Positions 38,485 through 49,274 of a stretch of DNA of 64,000 nucleotides are shown here, in pieces. Location of the stretch: IMG/VR virus record IMGVR_UViG_3300045988_039227, positions 41,364 to 105,363 of that record; one strand, written 5' to 3'. The first letter of the stretch is position 1, and each line of letters opens with the position of its first letter. The notes beneath the pieces were generated by a model that saw only the letters and a list, made by a program, of their open reading frames with translations, had not been told where the DNA came from and made no database searches. Origin of the DNA: a virus. A program made the translations under genes and the position numbers.

Positions 38485-40017
38485 TTAGAGCTCTGCTGCT
38501 CTGTTTTCAACTGCAATAGACTCCTGGTCTTCAGCATCACAGTACAAGATACCACATGACAATGGGTTTCTCAACATGATACCCTCTTCACCGAGGAAGT
38601 GTACCTGGTAACCATCACGGCTGTTAGAACGCATAGTGTTAATGTTGTTTGCATAACCGTTTGGCAATACAGAACCACCAGTGCACCACTGTACGAACTC
38701 GCGACCCTTACGACATACCTTAACTATGTTAGCCTGACCGTCACGACGACCGAGGTCAACAAACAAGAATGTGTAAGACATCAATGGTTTACCTGTCAAT
38801 GGGTGAAGCTGACGGAACATCTCCATGTTATCAAACATAGCGCAACGCTTAACTGTCAACTCAATACCATTAGTCATAGTGTAAGTTGTGAACTGACCAC
38901 CCAACTTCAGATCCTGGCCAGAACCTGTAATGAAGTGTGTATCAATCATATTGAAGCTAGCTGCCTTCTCCTTCAAGATGCGGTCGAACTCACGAATACC
39001 CATCTCACCGGTCAAAGCAACGAACTTGCGCTCGTTAGTACCAATGATATTGTAGCAGAGGTCGAACAAGTAATCCTCGAACAACTCTGTAGTCAGCTTG
39101 GTGTAGTAACGTACGTTAGCTGGAGCAATCTGCTCGAACAAACCTGCAGAGATTGGAACGAAACGACCATTGGTACCCTTCAGGTTATAAGTACCATCTG
39201 CATTACGGTTAGAGTGAGCGAACAGCAACTGCTTCTCCTCTCTCTTCTTCCACTCACGAAGAGCCTTCCAATACTGATAGTCAGACCACAAATAAGACTT
39301 CTTACCTGTCTCAGGATCAGTCAAAGCGATAGCCAATACTGTAGAGTAAGCATCACCTGTGATATCGTAAGTAAGACGCATAGTCATCAAGCTATTACGC
39401 ATCTTAAATGGAGTCTGATAGTTGATGATATCTGCCTCATCGCTGTACTCCTCGTATGCAGAACCGATACGGTCTACCTGACGACCTGGGAGCAAGTACT
39501 CGCAAGGGATATAAGAACCCTGGAAGCCTTCTGCTACATAGCACTCATATACCCATGTGCTACCATCCTGGTATGGAGTACCGTTTACACGTACCTGGAA
39601 GTTTACATTGTCAAATGCAAGAATTGCACCTGGGCCAAACCACTTCTCTTCAAGACCAAGATAAATAGGAGTATTGTTAATACCTGGAGTCAAACCATCT
39701 GTAATTGACTTAGGAGTAATCTCCTTACCATTCCACTTGGCATAGCGGATATTAACAGCGTGATCAGCATCGATCATTACAGACCACTCATATTCTCTGT
39801 TTTCGATAGTCATGGTTGAACCAAGACCACCAGTTAACAAGTCGATGGTAGTTGAAATACCATCATCCTTTGTACCAAAAACCAATGACAACAAGCCTGC
39901 TACTTCATGAGGCTTTGTAAGCATTGCATTAGCAATCATGTTTTCGTCTACCAAGTCAGCAAAACGCTTACCACGGTAGAGCTGAAGATTATTTAATAAA
40001 GAACTTGAATTATTCAT
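38485..40017 (-). CDS. major capsid protein (510 aa)
   Basis: Intact 510-aa ORF with no TAG at all, ending at TAA, and visibly the most GC/codon-optimised gene in the window. It lies directly after an acidic, Gln-rich scaffold-like gene and in the same module as portal and TerL. Size fits crAss-like HK97-fold capsid proteins. The call rests on context and size, not on alignment. Confidence 0.7.
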   Translation of the reverse strand: MNNSSSLLNNLQLYRGKRFADLVDENMIANAMLTKPHEVAGLLSLVFGTKDDGISTTIDLLTGGLGSTMTIENREYEWSVMIDADHAVNIRYAKWNGKEITPKSITDGLTPGINNTPIYLGLEEKWFGPGAILAFDNVNFQVRVNGTPYQDGSTWVYECYVAEGFQGSYIPCEYLLPGRQVDRIGSAYEEYSDEADIINYQTPFKMRNSLMTMRLTYDITGDAYSTVLAIALTDPETGKKSYLWSDYQYWKALREWKKREEKQLLFAHSNRNADGTYNLKGTNGRFVPISAGLFEQIAPANVRYYTKLTTELFEDYLFDLCYNIIGTNERKFVALTGEMGIREFDRILKEKAASFNMIDTHFITGSGQDLKLGGQFTTYTMTNGIELTVKRCAMFDNMEMFRQLHPLTGKPLMSYTFLFVDLGRRDGQANIVKVCRKGREFVQWCTGGSVLPNGYANNINTMRSNSRDGYQVHFLGEEGIMLRNPLSCGILYCDAEDQESIAVENRAAEL

Positions 40018-40035
40018 AATATGTTAATTGTCTCA

Positions 40036-41232
40036 TCATAGGTATTTTGACGCGAGATCCCATGCCTGAGGTTGTTTTTCATGCCCAACATTGTATGATG
40101 TATGATTTTTTGTTTGGTGTTTGAGCATTTGTCTAAGTTTACTCGCAGCAGATGTCTGACCATTGCGCTGTGCTTCGCCCAGTAGAGCATCACCCTTCAT
40201 TGTGAAGTAGGCTGATTCTATCAAATTGTTAACAAGGTTATTATTAAAAGCCTTCTGATACTCTGTTAAACCGTCTGCATCAGTTCTTGTAATATAATCG
40301 AACAATGCCTTTCTATCCTCTTTTGGGATATTTATACCTCTAATATTAGTAAGACCATTTATACTATAAGTAAGGTCATCCATGAACTGTGCAGCTTGCT
40401 GCTCCTACTATTGTCTTTGAGCTTCCTGTTGCTGAGCCATATACTCTTGCTGTTGCTGTTCGTACGCCTTAAGATAATTTACAGCATCAGCTGCTTCATC
40501 TTCCAGCATGTCAGCATCTTCATAGCGCTCAATCTTGCGACTAATCTGTTCGTCATTCATGCCCTATAATTTGTAGAACTCACGAACAGCTGCTTTCTGA
40601 TTAGATTCGTCCTCCAAATCTATGCTATCGTAAGACATAGATTTCTGTTGTGTCTGATAGAAGTCTTCAAATTTACCACCATTCTTTACGTACTGATCAA
40701 GTTTAGCAATACGATCATCGGCGTACTGTGGGGTTGAATTCTCATCTACGACATCTTTGATATACTCCACGAGGTCCTCGACTGACTTAGGCTTCTCGTC
40801 TGCATCAACACTCCAACCATTAGCTTCAGCGAATGCGTCAAAGAAAGCACCAATCTATTCTGCTTCTCCAGGATCTACGACGTCAGTGTCAGTCTGCTGA
40901 TTATTATCATCATTGTCGTTATCCTATTCGTTGTCAACTGTAGTTGTGTCGGACGTATTATTATTTAAAATATTATCTGGTATCTCTGTCTCATCATCAT
41001 GAGCATTAGGGTCACCAGTTACATTCTTATTATCTTTATTATCCTCAGAAGACTTATCGTCATCTGGATTGTCTAAATTTTCAACATCATCATTAGGGTC
41101 GTCTAACACCTGATTAACCACATCCTGGTTATCGATGTTTGTAACGCTGTCGCCACCTTCCTGGCCACTGAACCCGAGAGAGTTCAAAGCGTCTTCAAAA
41201 TCACCTAATGGATTTTTCTTCTTTCTTGCCAT
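40036..41232 (-). CDS. scaffolding-like protein (398 aa)
   Basis: Track ORFs 40924..41232, 40564..40770 and 40036..40383 share frame 1. The gaps between them were checked and contain only TAG. It ends at a genuine TGA, 40036..40038. It has a very acidic Asp/Asn-rich N-terminal third and a Gln-rich helical middle (AYEQQQQEYMAQQQEAQRQ..). It sits immediately upstream of the capsid gene. Confidence 0.6.
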
Positions 41233-41304
41233 AATTTAAATTATAACTAAGTTAATATTTTTAATTGTTGTACGCTACACTGGAGTCGAACCCGTGTAAT
41301 GTTA

Positions 41305-43197
41305 TCATTTATTCCACTTTGCTGCATTACGCGCAAAGTTGGCTTTCTTTCTCATAGCTGCACTATACTTACTTGGATTCCTTAAAACTTTATTAGCAAA
41401 ACTTTGGACACTCATACCATGCTATTTAGCTGCTTTAGTAAATGTACCACGCTTAGATGGCTTAATATAGATATCCTTCCCAGAATTATGAAATTGTAAA
41501 AGCTGTGGATATATCTTATTTTCTAATGGTGTTGGAGTTCTACCAAGGCCAATGTTTATTTTATGATCCTAAATATGGAACGGAAGATCGTATTGTATAT
41601 CAAATGGTTCTGCGCCAATATATTTACCAACCTCCAAATTATTAAGATAATTATAAAGATTTGTATTTTTATAATTGAAATTCTGCAAATAATTTCCAAG
41701 TTTTATTCCAGATCTACCAAGCGTTCCTCTTAGCCCGCTATTATTTGTAGCTGTTCTAGTAGCGCCGCCTTTATCTACGATATCTGATAGCTTTATTTTC
41801 TAACTTATTGTCATCCAGTCTTGGTAATCCATTCTGTCAAATAAGCCCTAATTTCTATATCCGATAAAGTCTTTTGATTTTGATTTTAATCTCGTACCAA
41901 ATTTATTTATAGACTTAGTTCTGTGCTCATTAAAGAAATTAGATATCTTTTTATTTATTCTCTATCCAGGCATTAAATCCCAAGTATCGTTTACTTTTAT
42001 AATGCCTTCTATTGGATTTTTATTTAACAATTTAGTTGAAACAGACACATTTCCACCAGCACTAGTAACAAAGTCTTTATCAACGAATGGCGTTCCGGCA
42101 TTAACTACTTCTATATCCCTAGCACCACCACCGTAGCCTTTTCCTTTTAATTGTTTTAAAGCATCTATATTGGTTAATTTCGTTCCATCAGCTGCAGACT
42201 GCGTAAATTGATAGTCTCCAGATTGTGGTAATTTCAAATACTTTCTATACGCATTAGCTCTTGCCTATAAAGCAACATCTCCATCTATATTATATGCTTT
42301 TTCAAATACATTTTTAAGAGCTCTACCAGCAAAATTATCCTAAGCCCAAAATGCTTTATTAATATCTGGAGCACTACCTTTTAAAACATAATACGGCCAC
42401 GCAAGAGTTGGAGTAACAAGTTTTCTTGCTGAATAAGAGGCAGGAGGAAGATAGCTATATAATACAGATCTTGTGAAAGCGTTATTAAATGGATTATGAT
42501 TTTCTTTTGATAATTCCAACAACTCCTTAGTGCTCTAAATTTTATCAGAAAACTTTTCGCCAATTTTAGATCCTATCATTATGTCAAATAACTAATCAGC
42601 AGCTCTTCCTGTTTCTCCGTAACCACCATAAAGACCCTAATTGCTCTCTTCCCATGGCATTCCTGTTCCACGCAAAGTCCCAATCCATTTAGTAGGCGAT
42701 AGAGCTGTCATAGCTTTACCAATCTTACCAATCTTATCGTAATATCCGGATGTATCGTATCCGTTTTGCTCCGCAATCATTGCTGGATATTTTATTGCAG
42801 CTTCTACTGATTTATCAAAACCATGAACAACGCCGTTAGGATCCCAATATGAAGACGTGTTATGTCTACCAGCTGCAGCCCATGGATTAACTTTTGATTT
42901 GTCTCCAACAACCTCAACTTCAGGCAACTATAATCCGGCACTATAAAATGGCTCTCCCGTCTCTTTGTAGTAAAGCATTCCATCTTTAACTACCAACGGA
43001 GCTCCTGTTTCAGACTTTATTCCTTTACCATCTCCAAATTTAGGCAACTTCAACTTCTTTCTAAGCTACTTCTCAGCTATCTACTACTCTGCTTCAGCCT
43101 ATGCTTTTCTTCTGCGCTTAATCTTACGAAAGAGCTTATGACGCTGATAGTCATTCTTCTTCTGCATCTTTCGCTTTGGACTTTCCATCTGTGTCAT
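41305..43197 (-). CDS. hypothetical virion protein (630 aa)
   Basis: Frame 1 was checked codon by codon. ATG at 43197 (TGA at 43204 upstream), about 20 TAG, TGA at 41305..41307 followed by TAA. It joins track ORFs 42637..42927, 42340..42522 and 41962..42237. Confidence 0.7.
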
Positions 43198-43198
43198 A

Positions 43199-44221
43199 TT
43201 ATCTCAGTTTAAGATTATTGCCTCTTCTCCACCAGAACTTCTACCCATAAGAGTCTTTGCCAAAGTTATTAGATGGAAGCAAACTTAATATATTTGGCAG
43301 ATTTGTAGATGTAAGTTGTTCGTACATTTTCTACTTCTGATCGTTCAGCATCTTCTGCTGCTAAGCTTTTATCTCTTCCTAAGTAGGACCAAGTAGTGTT
43401 ACAGGAACATTAGCCCTAATGGTGCTAGGCTACCTTGTAGATGGAGTGTTTATAATTATAGGACTAGCATTCTTAGCGTCCTAGTAATCCTATTCAAGAT
43501 CGTTAAGCTGCACATTGTAGTTATAAGCGTCCTTATGTTTATTCCTATGATAATAAGCAGCCTTAACAAGACTATCCATACCCCTAAGATTTCTAGAGTA
43601 GTTCTCAAGAGAGTCTTCATAATAACCCTTCTGTTTAAGAGCTCTAGCATAATCCTGTGTAGATTTAGCTCTAAGAGCTGCTCCATATCTTGTATGCATA
43701 AGTCTTACATAATCCTTAACAAAGTCTGCATCAGTCTTGTAAGTATTGTAAGTCTTACCATTCCAGCCTACGCCTCCATAGTTATGCTATCTTCTAGCAA
43801 CCCTAGATCTACCGTAGTTAGACTCGTATGCAAGCTGACGCATTACATTGTAATATGCAGCATCACCGTAACCATACCTGTTTAGCTATTGTCCTACAAG
43901 AGGACCCATTCTGTTAACAAAAGTATTAATAGAATCATTCTTTCCTCCTTTATATTTATGCAGTATAGGATGTTCTTCGCTTAATGGAGTATCAAAAGGT
44001 AATGGCTTAACAATGTCTTCAGCTATATTAACATCTTTACCTTCATTGTAAGCATTTAGTATAGACTGAACACTCTAGTCAATCTACTACTACTCTTCTG
44101 GACTAGGTTCATCAGCCTGGGTGTCTCCACCCAAGTTGATTCCTCTAATATCCTTCCAGTAATCAGCGCCATTCTTCCACGCCTCATACTTCTACTAAAA
44201 TGTCTTATTGTCAAACTTCAT
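43199..44221 (-). CDS. virion-associated peptidoglycan hydrolase, glucosaminidase-like (340 aa)
   Basis: Frame 2 was checked. The ATG at 44221 overlaps the portal stop (TAATG); about 20 TAG; TAA at 43199..43201. The segment YNVMRQLAYESNYGRSRVARR-Q-HNYGGVGW....F..Y..LMHTRYGAALRA....YARALKQKGYYEDSLENY matches the mannosyl-glycoprotein endo-beta-N-acetylglucosaminidase (FlgJ-type) pattern, recognised by eye. Confidence 0.55.
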
Positions 44222-46692
44222 TACTTCTCGCCAACCGTTTTGTTCTTAAGGGCCGTGCGAGCCTTAAGTTTCTCGCGTTCGTAAGCAGCATCATCCTTAG
44301 CCTTCTACAGCTCTGTTTCATGCTTCATCTTATCCTTCTCAAGCTAAATCTTCTGATCCTCTATCTCACGCTTCTACTTAGCTTCATAACGCTTATTATA
44401 AGCCTCTTGATTAATCTTCTGCTGTTCAAGAGCCTGCTTGCCGATCTCTATTGGGTCTGGGATTCCGTTTTGATCCTGATCTAACTATTCTGTTCCACGA
44501 TAAGCATTAATTTGTGCTACAGCTATCTTAGTCTGATTATCTTGATCAATCTGATATCTCTGAAGATCCATCTGAGCTTCCTGTAACATGAGCTCCTGCT
44601 GCTTAGCTTCATTCTGCATCTGCTGTAACTGCTGTTGCTGCTGAGCCTCTGCTTCCTGCTGCTGTTGCTGCATCTACTCCTATCTGGTCTGCATATCCTT
44701 AAGCTTCTGCTTAATGATATTAAAGTTATCGTTTGTAAGGATTTCTGCTGCTTCAAGTAAGCTAGCACCATTTTGCATAGCTGGCTGTATAAGCTGCTGA
44801 AGTTTCTGTATGTTCTCGAGATCCTTAGATGTATCACTTACAAATACATCCATATCTTCGTAGTAGAACTTAGGAGTAATATCTAAGAATGCTCTTTCTC
44901 CATTATCAAAGATGTACTGGAGTTTTTGTTTACCAGTCTCTTCCCAGGCGCCCTTAGCTGTATTAAGAAGCATATTGAGAACTCTTCTCTTACACTGATT
45001 GTGAACCCAGAACAACGGCTCAGTAATATGCGAGCTCTGTACAACAGATCTCTCTACGTTACCCACCATCTCTGATGAGCTTACTGCTCCTTCACGCTGC
45101 TGTGTAATACCAGAGATTGTACCAGCAAGCTCCTCTATTTTATCCATTAGCTGTATGTATTCAGCTATGACGTTAGACATTGTAAGATCCAATGCTGTAA
45201 TCTAATTGAATTGTGCAGGCTTACCGCCTTCTCTTCCAGGAATATTCCAGCCCTCTTCATATGGGTTAATAAAGTTAACACCAACACTAGACAAGTAATG
45301 CATCCACTTAGCTGGACTAATATTCATAGATTTAGGAATCTATGTAATATCCATATTAACAACCTTGCCTTTATCTCTAGCAATAGCTAACTCAAGTCTG
45401 TACCACAATACAATATACATATACTGTAATGGCTTAAGTATACTAACCAATGATCTAGGCTTGCTATTAGTGTTGCTGTAAATAGCTCCACAATAAGGGA
45501 GCTTCTGGCTATTAGGGTTATCGATACTTACGTGCTGATACTCAATAGGCTATATACCAAAGTACAAGTCGCTACCAGCTCTATATCCTTCCCATACCTC
45601 TACAATCCAATCTGGTTCTACACTAATCTCATTACCAACAGGCTGATATGTTTCATCAACTATGTTAATCTGAGGCTGTCCTGCATCGTCTGTAGTAGTT
45701 ACGTAGAAGATCTTCTTAAAAGACTTCCAACAACAATGCCATACGTTTACAAGAGATTTACCTGCTCCTTCAAATATAGGATTATCGTATATACGTAATT
45801 GTATACCCATATCAACAGGACTTCTGTCTCCGAGGTTTCTACCAGGAGTAGAGCCAATCATCTCCTCAAGCTTATCAAGATCTTTCTCTTCAAGCTTGTC
45901 GTAGTATCTATCGTATACTTCAGTAATAGGCATACGCATCTTTCTGCAGCACCATGAGCCATCCTCAACAAACTCTAAATCTGGACTCTTGTCATAAGAG
46001 AAGTATATAGGATTAACTCTTTCGACATATGGCTCTGCGTTAAGCACGCCAACATAATAAATTTCTCTACCTGAGATCAATCCATCCTTCCAGCCTTTGA
46101 TAAACTCGTTGTCAAGATCAAGTTTTTCTCTCAGATAGGTAAGCGTATGATACGCTGTGTTTTCTACAATATCTTTATAATCCTTATCCATGTACTTAGC
46201 TATCTACTCTGGTGGCATAACCTCTCCAGATTGTAGCTATTCCTGGAACTACTGAGCCTCTTCTGGGCTCATTCTAGCTGTGATAGCTGCTTCTATATAT
46301 TGTAGAATCATCTATTTCTCTTTCTCCTGCATTTCAGATGTAGCCTCCTATGAAGTTCTGATAACTCTGAAGTTAAGAGGCCTCTTTGTCTCCTCACCTA
46401 TAAGCAAGTCTACTTTAGGTCTTATAATATTAAAGTCATGAGGAGTAGCAGGAAAACCATCCTCGACCTTGAATGGGTTTGTAATTGATTTAAAATCCTT
46501 CTCGTCGAAGATGCTGTTATATAAGTTATAATAGGTCTACAGCTCTCCGTAATATGATGTACTATTTCCTCCAGATGTTACGTTACCTTCACCTATAATA
46601 TAGTTAACGCAGTCTTCTTGCCACTTCTTTCCTTTCTTTGAAAGAGGGAGCTTTTGTCTGGGGAAAGCTGAATTGTATAAGTTATCTTCCAT
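44221..46692 (-). CDS. portal protein (823 aa)
   Basis: Frame 1 was checked codon by codon. ATG at 46692 (TAA at 46696 upstream), about 15 TAG, TAA at 44221..44223. It joins track ORFs 45550..46191, 44680..45192 and 44485..44673. It lies immediately downstream of TerL, and its size is typical of crAss-like portals. Confidence 0.7.
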
Positions 46693-46695
46693 GTA

Positions 46696-48759
46696 TTAAA
46701 ATGTGAATATCGGCATACCGTCTTCACTTGTGCTGCTATCTTCTTCAAACCATTGTTTGCTAAATAACGGCATCTCGAAGAGTTCAACCTATTTGTTTTG
46801 TTCTTTTGCAGACGAAACCTTCAGCTAATAAAGCTCTTCTCTATATATCATAACCATGCATAGAGCAATCAAGCGGTCAACGTTCTTTACTCCATCATTG
46901 GCCATAAGCTCTTCTATCAAGGCTTCGCTGTATACTCTTTCTACATTAGGGTGACCTGGTTCATACTCATCTAGCAGCCACTCTAATATTAATCCTTCGC
47001 CATATGCCCTAATCTGTTTGGTCATGTGGCATCCTTTTCTTCTTTGCACTTTGCTGTCTTTAAAGACTTCAGATATGATTTTATCTGGCTAATCAGCCAA
47101 GAGGTAATCGCAGTGTTTATTCGTAAAGTAAGGGTAGATTCCTTTTCTTTCATTCTCAAATAATAATCTAGCGTTATAAAATGTAAGTAGCTTACGCACG
47201 TTCTCGTAGTACTCTTCTGCTGTATCTGGTCTTCCAGAATATTCTGCTACTATTACATCTGTCCATGCCTCACCAGCTCTTACACGTTTAAATATAAATG
47301 TAGAACCGAGAGAGTTTGTAAAGCTATCATCATGATCATAAGGGTCACAGCCTCCTATGTATAAACCTAAAGGAGGATCCTTTACTGGGTACTCCCATAT
47401 AACTACAGATCCATGAGGCTTATCTCCTTTCTTAAGAGGGTAGTTAGTTATATCCCCGCTAGGCTTTTCTGTAGCCTTTACTTGACCATTTCCATCCCAT
47501 TCTAGATCAACTATATGCTTCATGCTCTAAAGTTTCTTGTTGGTCCTTATTCTGGTCAACTGGTCCATCAATAACTTTCTAGGGAATATATTCTTACCAA
47601 GCTCAAGTACAGCCTCTGCTGGTCTAATAGGACGCTCTGATATAAAACGGTCCATAGACTACTGGCTGGCACCTCCATCTTTAACTTTATTGCGTTGTTC
47701 AAGAAGATTCTCAATAGCTTTCTCTTTATAGCTATTACCATCTTTGTCCATGTAAATCTAGTTGCCATCGTCATCGAATGACTCTAGATTAGAATAAGCT
47801 GGTACAAAGAATCCGCATTCTGTATTTTCTCTACCTTCATCCCACTTGTTTGGGAAGCTAAGTACATTATATGCCTTAGGTTTGTAAAATAATTCTTTCA
47901 AACCATCGAATGATGCACCTTCTGTACCACCTGTACCAAACGCAATCATTGTACCGAATGCTTTGCCATCGTCAGTTTCTACTGAAGGTTGTTCAATACG
48001 CCATGCGTCAAGAAGGCTAGGGAATTTACCTCCCTCCTCCCATAGTACAAGTTTACCACGGGTACCACGAATACGTTCAGGGTCATTCTTCAACGTAATG
48101 CCTACTATGCTAGAAAGGTATCCTCGTTCAGTCTATTTACCAAACTCATCGGTAACTTTGTAACCTGATACTCTTTCCATACGGGTTGACACAAGCCTCT
48201 GTTTAGCCCATGCTGTGTGCTGGTCAAGGAAGTCCATTATCTACCATGCTTTAGTAAGCAAGCCATCACCGATAAGGAATTTCTGTTCTGAAGCTACAGC
48301 AAAGTTCTTAGAACCAGGAATAAGCATATAATTTCGTACGAGCATCGAAGCTCCTTTAAATGAATATCCACGCTGTCTGCATTTAAGTACAGCCATATGC
48401 TTACCTTCTAGTTCTGCTTGCTCTATGGCGCAGAAATAATAGTAATCATAGTCCCAGAAGCTAGGGAACTTAAGAATACGTTCTCTTCGCTTTCTAAGAT
48501 TACCTTCCCTATCAGTGTACTCTGTTTCCTTAAGGGCCATGATAGGACTATAGTTGAGATAGAAATAATTAAAACCTGTTATACCTTCTCCATCTGGAGC
48601 TGTATAACCGTTAAGGCATCTATCTGTTTCTTGATCCCAATATTTGTTATAATCAGTAGTACCCATAGGAGCTAAAGTATAACATCCGTGTTCCTAAAAG
48701 AAGATAGCTGCCTATCTAAACTTATCGGTGTTATGGAGTTTTTGTTCGAAGTCTACCAT
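46696..48759 (-). CDS. terL: terminase large subunit (687 aa)
   Basis: Frame 1 was checked. ATG at 48759 (TGA at 48769 upstream), about 10 TAG, TAA at 46696..46698. It joins track ORFs 48241..48666, 47758..48093, 47089..47523 and 46825..47049. It has a Walker-A-like CRQRGYSFKG, a Walker-B-like KLVLWEEGG, and a nuclease-domain GGCDPYDHD motif. Confidence 0.85.
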
Positions 48760-48764
48760 AATAA

Positions 48765-49274
48765 TTATTCATACATGCCAATAGTGCCACCACCTTTGAC
48801 TCTACCAGCTTCTGCTTGTTCTGCTTTTGCCTACTTCATAGCCATGTCTAACGACTTAATAATACCACTAACATCTTTCAATATAGCTGAAAGCTTTTTA
48901 GCAGTATCTATATCAAGTTCTTCTTCAGCATAGCTATCCATCGTGTTCATAATGCCCTCTGCTGCGCTCTTAGAAGATTTAAGCAAGCGAGTAGCAGGAG
49001 TCTCTTGCAACTCCTGAAACTTTTTTGCCAATTCTTTTACAGCATCATCAGGTTTGTAATTCTTATCATTAAGTACAGCTTCAGCTACTCTCCATGTGCG
49101 CTCTTTCTCTGGATACGCCTCATATGGGCTATTCCATTTATAACGCCATATAACAAACTCTATCTTTCTTAATGCGTCTTGTTTATCTTTAGCATTGTTA
49201 TAGAAGTCTTTAAATGGTGGTATAGCTAAATCCTCTGTGCTTAATTGTATTTTGTTCTATATGATGTCAAACAT
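48765..49274 (-). CDS. small helical protein upstream of TerL, terminase small subunit candidate (169 aa)
   Basis: Frame 0 was checked. The ATG at 49274 shares its A with the upstream TAA; 2 TAG; TAA at 48765..48767. It contains track ORF 48831..49031. The function is inferred from position only. Confidence 0.45.

Noticed and set aside
38599-39708. A 369-aa plus-strand ORF (and 39456..39668).
   Set aside because: It is antisense to the TAG-free capsid gene, its composition is Thr/Leu/Cys-rich and unlike a real protein, and no neighbouring plus-strand genes exist.
21943-41307. TGA reassignment (the other recoding known in gut phages).
   Set aside because: TGA is never found in-frame in the genes I read, and it serves as the terminal stop of several genes (21943, 36846, 40036, 41305, 19906, 53430, 61593).
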